Shown here piece by piece: positions 14,801 to 27,721 of a stretch of DNA of 64,000 bases. The notes under the pieces were generated by a model that saw only the letters and a program-made list of their open reading frames with translations, was not told the DNA's origin and did not search any database. The stretch's first letter is position 1. Each line of letters begins with the position of its first letter. Both the position numbers and the translations under genes were made by a program. This DNA comes from Lingula anatina (taxonomy: Eukaryota; Animalia; Brachiopoda), in the NCBI GenBank assembly GCA_051362555.1, contig CM120648.1, positions 473,721 through 537,720 on the forward strand. Direction: 5' to 3'.

Positions 14801-17800
14801 GGACATGGGTGAGTTTAAAAGGGCACTTGATTATCACAATAAATGTCTTGCAGTGAGAGAGGAGACACTCGGTCCCAAACACCCTGCTACTGCCACCTCC
14901 TACAGCAGAATTGGTAGTGTACTGCAGGACATGGGTGAGTATAAAAAGGCACTAGATTATTTCTATAAATGTCTTGCAGTGAAGGAGGGAATGCTTGGTC
15001 CCAAACACCCTGATACTGCCATCTCCTACAACAATATTGGTAGTGTACTGCAGGACATGGGTGAGTATAAAAAGGCACTTGATTATTACTATAAATGTCT
15101 TGCAGTGAAGAAGGAAATGCTCGGTCCCAAACACCCTGATACTGCCATCTACAACAATATTGGTAGTGTACTGCAGGACATGGGTGAGTATAAAAAGGCA
15201 CTTGATAATTACAATAAATGTCTTGCAGTGGGAGAAGAGACACTCGGTCCCAAACACCGTGATACTGCTACCTCCTACAGCAATATTGGTAGCGTACTGC
15301 AGGCAAAGGGTGAGTATAAAGAGGCACTTGATAATTACAATAAATGTCTTGCAGTAGAAGAGGAGACACTTGGTCCCAAACACCCTGCTACTGCCACCTC
15401 CTACAGCAGAATTGGTAGTGTACTGCAGGACATGGGTGAGTTTAAAAGGGCACTTGATTATCACAATAAATGTCTTGCAGTGAGAGAGAAGATACTCGGT
15501 CCCAAACACTCTGATACCGCCACCTCCTACAACAATATTGGTAGAGTACTGCAGGACATGGGTGAGTATAAAAAGGCACGTGATTATTACTATAAATGTC
15601 TTGCAGTGAAGGAGGAAATGCTCGGTCCCAAACACCCTGATACTGCCACCTCCTACGAAAATATTGGCAGTGTGCTGAAGGACATGGGTGAGTATAAAGA
15701 GGCACTTGCTTATTACAATAAATGCCGTACTGTGAAAGAAGAGATACTTGGTCCCAGTCACCCTGATACTGTCAGAACAATCCAAACTATCGATCAGTTA
15801 TCAAAAAAGTACCTTTGGAGGTAATTCCGAGTACATAGGTGCACCATAGTAGAGTCAACGTGTCCATAACATCCTGTATGGAACCAATCATTTCTCGTGT
15901 CTTAAAGATTATTCGCTTTTAGAAAATCCCTTCCTTTCTTAAATCAATTCATGAGTATTTCAAGGAGATTATGATTTCAAGAACACTATTCGCTCTACCA
16001 ATCATTGCTTATGTCAGACTAATCTGTCTAGACTTCCCGTAAAGACACGTACAAGATTGAGTGTTTGTTTATAATGTGACATTCAAACATGCATGTATTT
16101 GTCCCCTGTCCGCACAATTGTTATATGAACATTATGCAGCACATGACACGGAATTTAATGTTTTCTCCTTCCCAACCATCATAATATTCTACTTCAGTAT
16201 TTCTGGGCAATTGTGTTCTGCAATTCATAAACACGATAGTTGAAACTACTGTATTTAATACAATCTTCTCCAAGCAGTGGTATACTATCCATATTTTAGT
16301 CCTACTTCTCATTTCCCAGTCTTTGTGACCCCCTCTACATACACAAATAAGTGCGCACGAACGCACACACACACACACACACATACACACACACAATTTA
16401 AAATAAATCCAAGGGGGTTTAAGCCGAGTTATTCAAAGACTGTCTTTCATGAATATTTCTTAAAAGGCAAGAAAATATGAGATTTATGGTCGCAGTCATT
16501 TTGACAAATGATTTATGAAGTTTTATCATATATGTAGTTGTTTACAAAGCTTGGTTTTGCAAGTAATCGGCTGTAATAGTCTTACTTTGTTTCAATATTC
16601 ATCTTCTCCTCTGTAGGACAAATTTATCGCATGAATCATGATACACACACACACACACACACACACACATAATTAATATTAGGGAAGAGATGTCTCACAA
16701 AGTATTCGATTCAGCAAGTACATGTTCAGCATGTTATATGCATTGCATGTTATTTCTCTGTGTCTGTTTAAAATAAAACAGTTAAATGCTAACATAAATT
16801 TTAATAAATGATTTAGTACCCTTTAGAAAACCTGGGCCCAGTTTGATCAACATTGGATAACACTATCCACTTGTTGAATATTTATCCTCTGGACTGTTAT
16901 CCTGTGAGAATAGTAAGGTTTTCTTAACGCTAGATACTTATTTTTGTTTTTGATTATGCTATCCAGTGGTTGAAAATAGGCACGAACCCTCATGGTAACT
17001 GTCCAGAAGATAATTGTGTCCAATGGATTGTGTTATCCATAGTGTTGATGAAACCAGTGTGACAGAAATGGAAATCCTAGGAATAGAAGTCCGGGCTCCC
17101 ATATGATTAGTACAGGTAAGGGTTAGTTGTAGTATTGGGGTTAGTATATATGGGACGAATGTCACCTGTACAAAGTAATGGGAAGCGGACTACGGTTCCT
17201 AGCGGACTTCCATTCCTGTTACACCTGGTCCTGTATTGCAGTACCCCCAAGGTTTTGAAATGCAGTTATGACCGAGTGGTAGCTTAGTAGCTTAGTTTTG
17301 ATGTAATATGAATCTGTCCTGTTTATAAAAAAGTTATTATATTCTGATGGATATTTTATGTTATAGATAAGGTATTTTAAAAAAGTTATCACTTCAAAGT
17401 GTTGTTTTGTGTAGCCTTACAAGACGGTTTGTTTGGCTCATTTTTATGGTCGATTAGGAAAACTATATTAAGGAAAGACCATGTAATACTGTATTAAGGT
17501 GTTTGTAGTTCACACCAAAGACTGTGCTGTATCAATGTTGCTAGAATATACACAGTGAACAACTAGTTATGGATGATCATCTTTGGTACGTTTTACATAT
17601 TTTAAAAATATAGCAGTGGAAGCATGTGTAGAAGAACTTGGAAGATATACAAATATTATAATAATATAACTATGTTACTACTAAATGATGAAGGTTGACT
17701 GTCTTTACGATAGTCATACTATCTGTATATTTTCATTGTAAAAGAGCTGTTAGCACTTGTAATATGATAAAGAGAAAATTAGCAGTTGTAAAATACGGTA

Positions 17801-20487
17801 ATAAATTGTGCATAACTATCTGTACTTCTTGTCTTGCTTGCCAAGTCGTTGTTTTATCTCTTTGTATTAGAGAATAACTAAATATCAATCTTCGTAAGAG
17901 AACTACACTGCTTAAAAGCAGTACATCGCTTAAATTGTGCTTTTAATCCCATATGCCAAACATCACATGCTTTAGGGTACAAAAAGGAAAGTATCGGTGT
18001 AGATACGCACATTTTTATTATTTACTTTATTCAAATTAAAAATAATCACCCCTTCAAATCTGGCGTTCTGTTGTGATATTTCAAAGAGGTAAAATATCCA
18101 TAAAATCGTAAATGAATTTTGTAATTCGGTTCGGTTCTTTCTGAGAACCACCAGTGCTTGACACAAATGGATCCTACCAATAAGTTATTTGTTGTGACAA
18201 ATGTTCAAATGCATTTCATTTGATGTGGTTAATGCTCAAATGGTTTTTTTCTAGGTTATTATCAGTCACAAAACTAGATCAGTCGCGATATTGTATAAAG
18301 TACAACAAAGACAAAAATAACGGACCTTTTCAAGGAAAAGGTCGGATCATCCCCACCTCCCCCCGACATCAATTGTCCTTGTTATTTGTGGAAATTATGT
18401 ACCTTTCAAAAAAGCGAAGAACTGTATGCTCCCCGAGGACTCCGTCATTTCATTGATATTCTACATATACAGGAAGAGGTCTTACCACGCCTCATGATGT
18501 TACTGCAGTGTCTGACGAATAAAAACGGTGACGCACCTGTGCCCGTAACCCCACTTTTATTCAGTGGTTGCCATAACATGCTGTTTACTTCACATTAAAG
18601 CTACAAATAGCACTAAATGAATGCTTTCAATCTTCAGTCAACATTATGTGATACTATAAGCGGAGTATTATGGTAGAGGCCACTTTGACAAGATATACAT
18701 TGTACATTTTTACATGTACATGTATATATTGCTCAAATTTTCATCTGCCCGTTCGGTCCACTTCAACAAAAGAAATTTAACCCCTAAAAATGTCCAAACT
18801 TTTAGACCAAAATTAGATGTACTGTGGTTTAAGATAAATCCATAACAATATCTACTGGGTATGCACCAGTACATATATTTCTATTTTCTTTTTTATTTTC
18901 TTATCTTTTTTTGTCTTTGGCGGCAAAAAGAGTTGTATGTATATACGCTCGTGTTTTTTTGGCTCCCAGTGCAGTCACCTTAGTTTGTGAAGACCCAACT
19001 CTTTCAAAGACGCCCTTAAAGGAAACTCAATTTTTAAAATGACTTAAAATTAATCGTATTCAATACATTACTGTGTTGTTTGCGTGGAAAGTGCGGCAGA
19101 CTAATGAACATGCACTGACGTTTGGCAAACACACAAAAGTAAATATGCGACACTGTTGCCAATTAAATAACAGCTGTTTGGGTCTGTGTGTTAAAAAAAC
19201 GTGCTAAGAGATAAATCGTCCGTGGGTGTATAAAGTCATCAAAATGTAGGAAACACCCGTCCTCAATGTTTCTCAGGTAAACCTTAGTGTATATTTGTAC
19301 TCATCAAGTACCTATAAACAACATGAATATTTATTGCTCAGACCAAGGAACCATTTGTATCTAATTATCAAGAGAAAAGATTAAGAAAGCAAGAACAATC
19401 ACAGCGGGGTGTATGTTTTTCTCACACATTTTTCATAATTTTTGATAGAGATAATCCAAATCAGTGGCATAAATATAACATAATTTTTTTTAAAAAATTA
19501 GCAATTCTGACCTCATATAAATTAATTTAATTCCTCTTCATGTAAGTCAATTCTATATCCCAGTATAGTTTTTTCAATTTTCTTCTATTTATTTGTTTGT
19601 CTGCTTTCTTATTATTTTTCAATCTATTTATTTTCTTTTTATCTAGTGAATCACTCATTTCTCTATCTATTACTCTAGGAAAGTATATCGTAGGAGAGTA
19701 TACGTTCTCATCAAAAAAGAATCACGAAGATTGTGCTGCCAGTGTTTGGCCAGGTATGAAAGCAGTCTTACCTATCTCACAGTGAACTCCCTGGAAGCCA
19801 GGTGGACACACGCAGTCATAGCCGTCCCCGTTCACTGTCACACACGTAGCCCCATTCAGACATGGTTCCGAGTCACATACGTTTATACCTGGAGTCACAA
19901 TGAATTTCATGTAATTTTTTATACCTATTGACAAATGAAACTTTATTTGTTTATTAAAAACACATAACAATATAATTGTTCAACATTATCCAGTATGAAT
20001 TTTCTATATTTAACAGTCACTGTGAGAAATATAAAGAGCATATTAAATAATCAAATTAATGATAAAATGCAATGAAGATCGTTTATAATAAATGGGAAAT
20101 GTCACACTGAATCCAAAGTTCTCATTGAATTTGAACAGTACCGTATCTTAAGGTCGGTTCATTTCAAATGCAAATTTGAGTGATAAGTGGATCAGATATC
20201 AGTTTGTATTAGTGTTTATTATCATGATGTTTTTCACATCCGTTTATCAACACATTTAAGTTAAACAAATATTTCTGGGTTTGATTGAAGATGTTCTTCC
20301 AGGAGGTTCCTTTTTAAAATTCTAAAGTCCTTCATTGGACTAATGAAGTAGTACTTACAGAAAGTTTCATTGTAAATAGAGCCACAGAGCACCTTAATAA
20401 CTTTATAATATTGTCTGATAACCATTTCATGCACCCATCATATATATAGCAAAGGTACACCATGGGTCTATACACAATAAAACTTTC

Positions 20488-20551
<64 letters not shown>

Positions 20552-21577
20552 CCGTACGTGGAGTTGTCTTGATTACTGGTGTTGTCGTCACCACAGGTGG
20601 CAGGGTCGGTAAGGTCACAAAGGTCACTGGTGCACAGGTTTGACAGTCTCCCCTGAGGCGGTAACCAGGGAAACAGGTGCACATGAAGCCACCTGGCAGG
20701 TTGACACACTTCTGTTGACAGCCATGATAGGCAAAACCAAGGCGACATTCGTTGATGTCTAAAATACAAAAGCGCTGTAATATAAGGACCACCTGAGATA
20801 CTGTAGGCCTATATGGCATTGTGCAAAAAGATATGCAGTAATTTAGTTTAGTTTCAAATAAGACACATTCAAATTGAATTTGAATTTGAATGCTTGTCAG
20901 CACCTTTCAAACATCCGTTGCACCTGAAATACATTACATGGGTGACCTAGATTTAAAGATTAATTAAAAAAAGTTCAACATCTTTATAAAGTTTGTTAAG
21001 CCTGGTATGCTAAAAAGAAGTCATTTAGATATGTCATTCTTCCGACGAGACAATTTATCTCAAAATCACTATGCCCAGTCTTGTTAAACGTTTCAGATCT
21101 TATGGAAATATTATATATATGTATGACCTGGCATAATGCTTCCCTTTATCCTGAAACCGACCACATACCTCATGTATCATATGTCGGCAATATGGTCAAT
21201 ATTCAGATAAACCAAAGCAAAGACAACAAAAGGGACACGTAAATAATCAGTTTCTACCTTTTAAGCCATATGTTTTCGATTTTCAAAATGGCCGTAAAAT
21301 TTCAAATGGTTGTTTACCGAAATAATTCAAAACACACTGATGGTTAAGACATAAAATTTTCAAAGCTGTCTGTCAGTATCCAAACATACCTATACAATAC
21401 AGTCCATCATTTGTCAGCGTGAATCCAGCGCCACACGAAGAACACCGGACAAGACCGAATGGCAAGGAGTAGCATTGTGTCCTGCACCCCATATATCCGG
21501 TGCAGGCGCCGTGGACACTGAGACCGTTACCAGCAAATGTACCTAAAGATATTGAAAGTAAGTCTTTACAACATTAC

Positions 21578-21617
<40 letters not shown>

Positions 21618-23389
21618 TTATTCAGCTTTGAATGTTACATTTTAACATTGTTTGCTGTCTAGTCTACTACAGAATCTACCATATTGTGCTTACATAAAAA
21701 GAGAAAGTGCTACTTCGTGCTGCTAACTGTATATACTGTGATAATGCTTTTAGTGATTTCTGATCTTGAGGGTTGAGGAGGATGAATAGTTTCTGATCAC
21801 TGCCAGCTAATTCATAATTTTGTCTCACAGTGTTTGGGAGGGAACTGAGCATATTTGCTCAGATATTGAGAAATATACACAGTTACCAATGCAGTTACAA
21901 AAATGTTATATGGTATTATATGCATACACATACTGTACATAGAAGTTTATCTCTCTATTTGTTATTAACAATACAGATGTTATTTTATATGTCTCTGAGG
22001 TGTTGTATTTTGCCTTTTGAAAAGGGTGGGAAAGTGAGCTAGTTCTGTAATTTTGTTTTGAAAAGATGTGGTAGTTTGTACTTGGATTATAGTTCTAATT
22101 CTTGATTTCGCATGATTCATTTATCATTTAATAAACTTTAAGGAAAATGTATCAAAAAAAAAAAAAAAAAAAGAAAAGAAAAAAAAAGATAAGACATTAA
22201 TGACTGTGGTTGGACTTTACTTTGCTGAAATTAGTATAACCCCAAGTTGCACTTGGAAAGTGATATGGGTACTACCGTTAATGTTTAATTCTGGAAACAC
22301 AAACTCATGTATCAAACGACTTTTTGTGCCCAAACGACTTTTTGTTACCTGCTATTAAAGTAAAAGAATCCATATACGGGCTACAAAATTAAATTGTAAA
22401 AGGCGCGTAATTTATGAAATCACTTTAGACAATGAATGAGAAGGCACTGTACAAGGACGGTAGGTGCTTAAAAAATAGAGAAGTTCTCGGAAGAACTAGT
22501 TCAATTAAATGTGTTGTTCTGTCCTTATTTAATGTATATGGGAAGACTGCCCACTCAGGTTATGTGACAAGGACAGGAAGAACGACCTAATGCCAGTCAA
22601 CCACAGTGGTTAATTAGACGTTAAGTCAAATAGCACATTAAATAGAAATATTTTCAACACATTTAAGGACCACATGTGGAGGAAAGTGGGTTTTAGGGAA
22701 ATTGCTTCACAATTATACGTGCTGAACATGAAATGACACGGGATGGGTTAATTAACTACATTAACGTCCACGTCTTAGACTCATAAAACTGGCAATTAAG
22801 GGTCAACGAACGAAAATATCGTTTCTTTAATTTGTTAATACGGTAAAATAGGTTTTATTTTGTTTCTTGTGTAATAGTAGTGGCAATGTTAAATAAAAAG
22901 GCGTGTTTTCTTCGAGTGGGACATGACGTTTAGATCTTTAAATATCGACGAGTGAGGAGTCGTTCAGAATGAGTTGGGTCGTAAGAGCTGATTGCAATCA
23001 GATTAACAAAGAGAGAGAGAGAGAGAGAGAGAAAGATGTTCATACGTACCAGACCCATACGTCCTGAATGGGTTCCAACACACGTCAACTTCAATCATAA
23101 AAGGCAAAGCGTATTGGTGCGGCATCTGAACATAGTTAAAGTAAGTCGGAGACAGCAACTGCGGCTTTTGATGCTGAACCGAAATTTGCGAAGAAAACGG
23201 TAACTTTGTTTGGAGGTTCCCCATCCGCTGTTTCATAAGTGATATAAACTCCTGTGCAGTAGCAGTTGGAGGTTTGTCGGGTTTGACGTAAGGGTATGTC
23301 GCAAACGGGATCCCGGTGACCTGTTGGATTGTTAACAGCACGAACGCTAGAGAAAGTAGAGTCCACGCCATGCGCTGGTGGGTCGCCAT
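1743..23389 (-). CDS. Secreted multi-EGF-repeat protein (fibropellin/Notch-like EGF array); 3' end lies outside the window
   Basis: Exons 23050-23389 (signal peptide [20 protein letters not shown]; ATG at 23389 or 23371), 21390-21542, 20558-20758 (Ca-EGF + Thr/Pro linker), 19772-19888, 5915-6028, 5526-5639, 4814-4927, 4423-4536, 3914-4027, 3420-3533, 3130-3243, 2472-2585, 1743-1853. Internal exons are GT-AG, phase 1-1, each one six-Cys EGF unit (e.g. [16 protein letters not shown]...C). Confidence 0.88.
5716..5893. repeat. (TAC)n compound microsatellite
   Basis: Direct reading; intronic. Confidence 0.9.
8426..15824 (+). CDS. NLR-like STAND protein: DZIP3-type HEPN domain + NB-ARC + 38 TPR repeats (~2245 aa)
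   Basis: Exon 8417-9023 (ttgcag acceptor, ATG 8426, CAG|gtaggt donor, phase 1) joins in frame to exon 9685-15824 (tttcag acceptor). HEPN signature [12 protein letters not shown]...[20 protein letters not shown]; Walker A GMGGIGKT (9810-9833), Walker [28 protein letters not shown]; 42-aa TPRs [38 protein letters not shown]. Confidence 0.9.
10963..15790 (+). repeat. Coding tandem array of 126-bp units (38 complete TPR units) with higher-order 1008-bp and 504-bp block duplications
   Basis: HP motif recurs every 126 bp from 10974 to 15759, with one unit 3 bp shorter near 15148. Shadow ORFs recur at offsets of 1008 (11643/12651, 12238/13246) and 504 (13440/13944). Confidence 0.95.
16834..17056. 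mobile_element. Degenerate MITE-like inverted repeat
   Basis: gtttgatcaacattggataacactatcca pairs imperfectly with tggattgtgttatccatagtgttgatgaaac; no TSD resolved. Confidence 0.4.
20491..20549. repeat. (TA)n microsatellite
   Basis: Direct reading; adjacent to the donor site of an EGF exon. Confidence 0.95.
21580..22130 (-). mobile_element. Probable degenerate LINE 3' fragment
   Basis: Minus strand ends in AATAAA followed by (TTA)n (21580-21621). Upstream translation is stop-ridden with a CxxC...H remnant. Confidence 0.35.
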
Positions 23390-25171
23390 TCTACCCTTAA
23401 ATAGAAGCAAGAGGACACTGATTTCACGTGCACAATTATTAACACCTGTTTATTTAGCATACCGGGTTGGGTCCCCATTTCACTTACACAAATACATAAA
23501 ATGCATGAACCTAGATTGTTTAATTCTCCCTTCTAAAGATAGCTGACTGTGTACTCAATATTAATGGGCCCTTTCCCAAAAGTTCAATTAGTTCCATGAA
23601 GTTTTAATATCAATATATATATATATATACCCAACATCAATATACTAGATGTTATACCAACGCCTCAAAAGGCACTTTTAATTTAATTAAGTAATTGTTA
23701 AAATTCAGCTAAAAAGTCCCCCAAAAATAGTTTCACTTGTTTTGTCCGTGTGGCAGGTCGCTTATTTGTGAACTGGAACTAGGAGCCTCTTTCCTTCCAC
23801 AACTTGTCTTTCAAGAAACATGAATATTTATCCTAGAAGCCATGTTCATGTATGAGGAATCATGACATTAGTTGCCCAACATTTTTGTAAAGCAAAGCAG
23901 GGACCATACAACCCCTTCTTACCGTTGCCGTGAGTGTAATGTTCTCCCTCTGCTGCAGTGCGACCCGATGGAATGTCAAAGACACATACGACTAACAGCC
24001 AGCTGGCAGCCAAGATGCAAGTGCAGTTACGTCCTGAAATCTCAATTCCATTTACCCTATCTCTTAATATTCACTAAACTTCACATACATTTTTGTTATA
24101 CATGGGGACCCAAAACATGCCCAACCATTCCGGCCCCAAATAAGGATAATCAAAACTGGCACAGCAACCGCATCAACAAATTTTCATTAATGGGGTAAAT
24201 GTATCAGAATAAAAATTTATATTTTATCCAGCCGCAACAATCCTCTAGTACCAATTACCAGCAGAGGGAGTGGAGCACCGTACGATGAAGGGGAGCTTTT
24301 ACCTTGTGCAAGAACCGCGTCGTGTCACCGCGCTGTTGAGGCCAATTAACAAGATGTTTTCTCTCTAAAATTTACATCTAGCCTGATTTATGATGCTTGC
24401 AAATGGAATGTATTCGGAGCATGTTTAGAATGAAAGGGCTATATAATTGTTTAGAGTGCATTACAGAGGCATTACACAATGTTTAAGGTGAAATGTTATG
24501 TTTGTGACAATACTAAAATGCAATTACAGGTGCAATATAGGAGATCTTTGTGGCATAAGGAACAATCAAGCGGTAAGTCAAGTGGTTTTGATTATTTAAT
24601 GTTTCCTCAATATTGTCAACATTGTACAGGAATACAGGAAGAAAAATCGAGACGAATCAGTTATGAACCGAATTGATTTGTGTATTATGCAAAGAGAAGT
24701 TTCCGAAGCAAAAGCGGTAAAAACATTTGGGCAAATTTATCTTAAGACCTTTGCGTGTGACCCTCGTCTTTAAACTGGTTTCCTGCTCTGACTGCTCCAT
24801 GGTGTTCCGGACAAGCGCCTCCACCTGTTGTCAGGTAATCCGAACACAAACTTGAGTTACGTAAAATTCTACACAGCTTCGGTTTATAATAGAAAATGTT
24901 TCAAATGTATATCATGTCACAGAAAGATGTCATTGGAATAATAGTAAAATACATAAAACACTCTCTATGTAAAATAAACACCCTCTAAAAGTTTAATTGG
25001 ATTTTAATCTCACATTAAATTCATTTCCATATCATGATTTCTAAATAGATATTGGTGGGGCAATAAGAATCTGTTACCAGAAACGGGGATCGTTAAAAAT
25101 TAACATGCAAGGAGATATTTAGTACTTGTTTTTATTTATTGAATTGAAATAAACCATCATTTATGTCATTA

Positions 25172-25330
25172 AGCCCCCATTCAGAATAAGGGACTAACTA
25201 CTACTACTACTTCAATACTTCCCCACCGGATATTCATTCAGTGTCTATAAGCAGATTAGGCGGCAAGCTTTGTAGTGGGTCGCCATATTTTACCCTCGGA
25301 TGAGTTAGTCCCCTATTCTGTATGGAGCCT
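25172..25330. mobile_element. Small MITE-like element
   Basis: ccattcagaataagggactaact ... agttagtcccctattctgtatgg imperfect terminal inverted repeats. Confidence 0.5.
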
Positions 25331-26484
25331 ATAGCTAATGTAGATGCGCCAAAATGGTTCATAAACAGTGGTCTCTGCATCGTTTTATCACAAAATTGGT
25401 TGGGCTTTTCAAGAACCTATTGCACCATGCTTTACATGCGGCGCGTACTTGTTTGAGATCTGGTGAGAATACAGATGGGGTTTATGCAGTGGTTACACTA
25501 TAACTAAATTAAATCGGGAAAGTATTGCATCGACTTTGATGTCCTAGAGACTGTTCCTGGTACACATATAGGTCTTAATGTAGATCGTTCACTATTTCTG
25601 CGCATCCTCAATTACTGTCATAGTTGTAATAGTGGATTCTGTCAAATTTGTGAAATAATACTTCTTTCTACTTTAAATTATTGGACTAAAGGTTATTGAA
25701 TATTGTACAAAGTTGAGCTAATGGTTTAAGAGTTTTAAGGTGCGATGGGACCACGATAAATATATCTGACATACTTACATGTTAAATAGCTTCTGTCACC
25801 ATGCAATGAGAGAGTAAAACTTTTAGTCGTGAAAACTGTCTCAAGGGGTAAGTGCCTTTTTTTCAATATTAAGTGTAATTCATAGCCAGCTAAGTATTTT
25901 AGGCTACAAGTTTAACAACAAATGGCTTCAGAAGTTCGTGAAACAGGCCCATGTTTTAGCAATTAATTTTGGTCCATTTTAGACCCCGTGTGAACGAGAC
26001 TACAGACACTGGCGTCCTAATGGAATAGTTGTTAATGCAAACCAGGTTTGTTACGGCTTATTAAACGTGTGTGAAGTAATGCTCAGAATGGCCATTAAAG
26101 GTGATTGGTAGACACGCTTTAATGTGGTTGAATCCGTTTTTAGTGCAGCTAAATCACGCATGCTCCTGACAGGAATATATAGGTGTGGACCATTAGGTCT
26201 AAATCTTAGGCAAGGTAATGGATAACTGGGAGTGTTTTAGCCCTGAGTGAATATAGATGGTCTGTGACAGCACCCACACACATAGAAACAAGGATAATAT
26301 GTACGTATATTCATTCACGAATACATTTACACTTATATCGTGCAGGGGCGGATCTAGGATTATTTGAAGGGGGTCCAGTTTTTTTTTAAGAATGACAGGC
26401 CTCGGATGCGAAGTCAACCCTTGCCCCCTTGTGTGGGGCCCGGTGATTTGGGGGGCAAGCGGTGCCATTTGGTGCAGTTATGAG

Positions 26485-26658
26485 GGGGCCGTAGCGATAG
26501 TCCGAAGGTTCAATAGTCCGAAGGTTCATTAGTCCGAAAGTTCACTGTAGAACCTTCGGACCAATGAACCCTTGATTAAAAAATCGATGAAAATGTTACC
26601 ACTTTTCGGACCAATGAACCTTCGGACCAATGAACCGTCGGACTATCGAGACGCCCCC
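26485..26658. mobile_element. Foldback MITE with internal ~16-bp subrepeats and 8-bp TSD
   Basis: Left arm tagtccgaaggttca x3, right arm ttcggaccaatgaacc repeats; flanked by GTTATGAG at 26477-26484 and 26659-26666. Confidence 0.8.
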
Positions 26659-27721
26659 GTTATGAGCTATGTTTCAGCTCTTCGAAATTCTTATATCAAG
26701 AGGGGAATATTGGTGTGATTTTTCCAGAAACCTAAGTGGGTCAATCTGTCCGTTTAAAAATGTGTACGGAAGTCAGAATTTGTGAAGAATGCTTCTTCAT
26801 ATCAAAGGACATCTTATTCTCAGAAAAAATATTAATGTTGAAAACATGACCTCTGTTGCTTTTTGAAGAGATTGACTAGTGAACTGTCGAAACTATAATT
26901 GCTGTGCAGAAAAGAGGTCCGTGTTGACTTATATGTATATACTAAATTATCATATATGTAAGAACAAAATTTGTATTGCAATGGGTCAATATTGCAACAG
27001 GTGTGCTGACTTGAAGCACATCCAATACACTTATTTGCACAAGGATTTGTTTTGCATAAATGAACAGTTTGTTTGCAGGACCACTCCCTTGTATGACTGC
27101 CACGCTGATGTGTGATCCCGAATAATGCAGTGACAGTTTTGGAGATTTAGTTTATAGAGGCATAATGGTGAGATATTTATGTAAACATATGCATGCATAT
27201 ATTATATTATATTATATTATATTATATTATATTATATTATATTATATTATATTTCTATGTATATTTTGAGGGTGATACTGTATAGCTTTCTCAACTTAAT
27301 AGAATTTTGGATGTTTAGTGACAGGTAGTAAGTGGTAAGTTGAAGTAAAGATGGTGAGGACCAGGCAAACATTAAAACTCATGTTGATACTTTACCAGTT
27401 GACATATATGTTTCGTTCTATTCTGTGGCCCCGATGAGCCTTAATATATTTATCGGACTCCGTAAAATGGTGTTAATTGTTTAGTCTTGAGTCGTGGCAA
27501 AGTAATGCACGTAAAACACAAAGCAAAGTAGTTAAGCCATGAGCCTTTATATGAACATATGTCTAAAATACAAATTACTATCTGCAAATGATGGATGTTG
27601 ATTTAAAAGCCAGAATGGGGAAGTGAACGGCTGATGGGAAAGTTTATGCTTTGATGTTTTTTATAAATGAAATAAATTTCAACGCACTCACTGCACACGT
27701 ACAATAATAGTGTAAATAATT

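Noticed and set aside
10962-15785. Many minus-strand and alternate-frame ORFs over the TPR array
   Set aside because: Shadows of the 126-bp coding repeat; they recur at the repeat period and have no independent features.
10963-15790. CRISPR-like regular repeat array
   Set aside because: Units are contiguous in-frame coding repeats without unique spacers; eukaryotic context and no cas genes.
9666-15824. Kinesin light chain or nephrocystin-3 ortholog
   Set aside because: Only the 42-aa TPR type is shared; the HEPN and NB-ARC N-terminus does not fit either gene.
1743-23389. Calling the EGF gene Notch, Delta or Crumbs
   Set aside because: No DSL, LNR, laminin-G, CUB or ankyrin domain is visible in the window.
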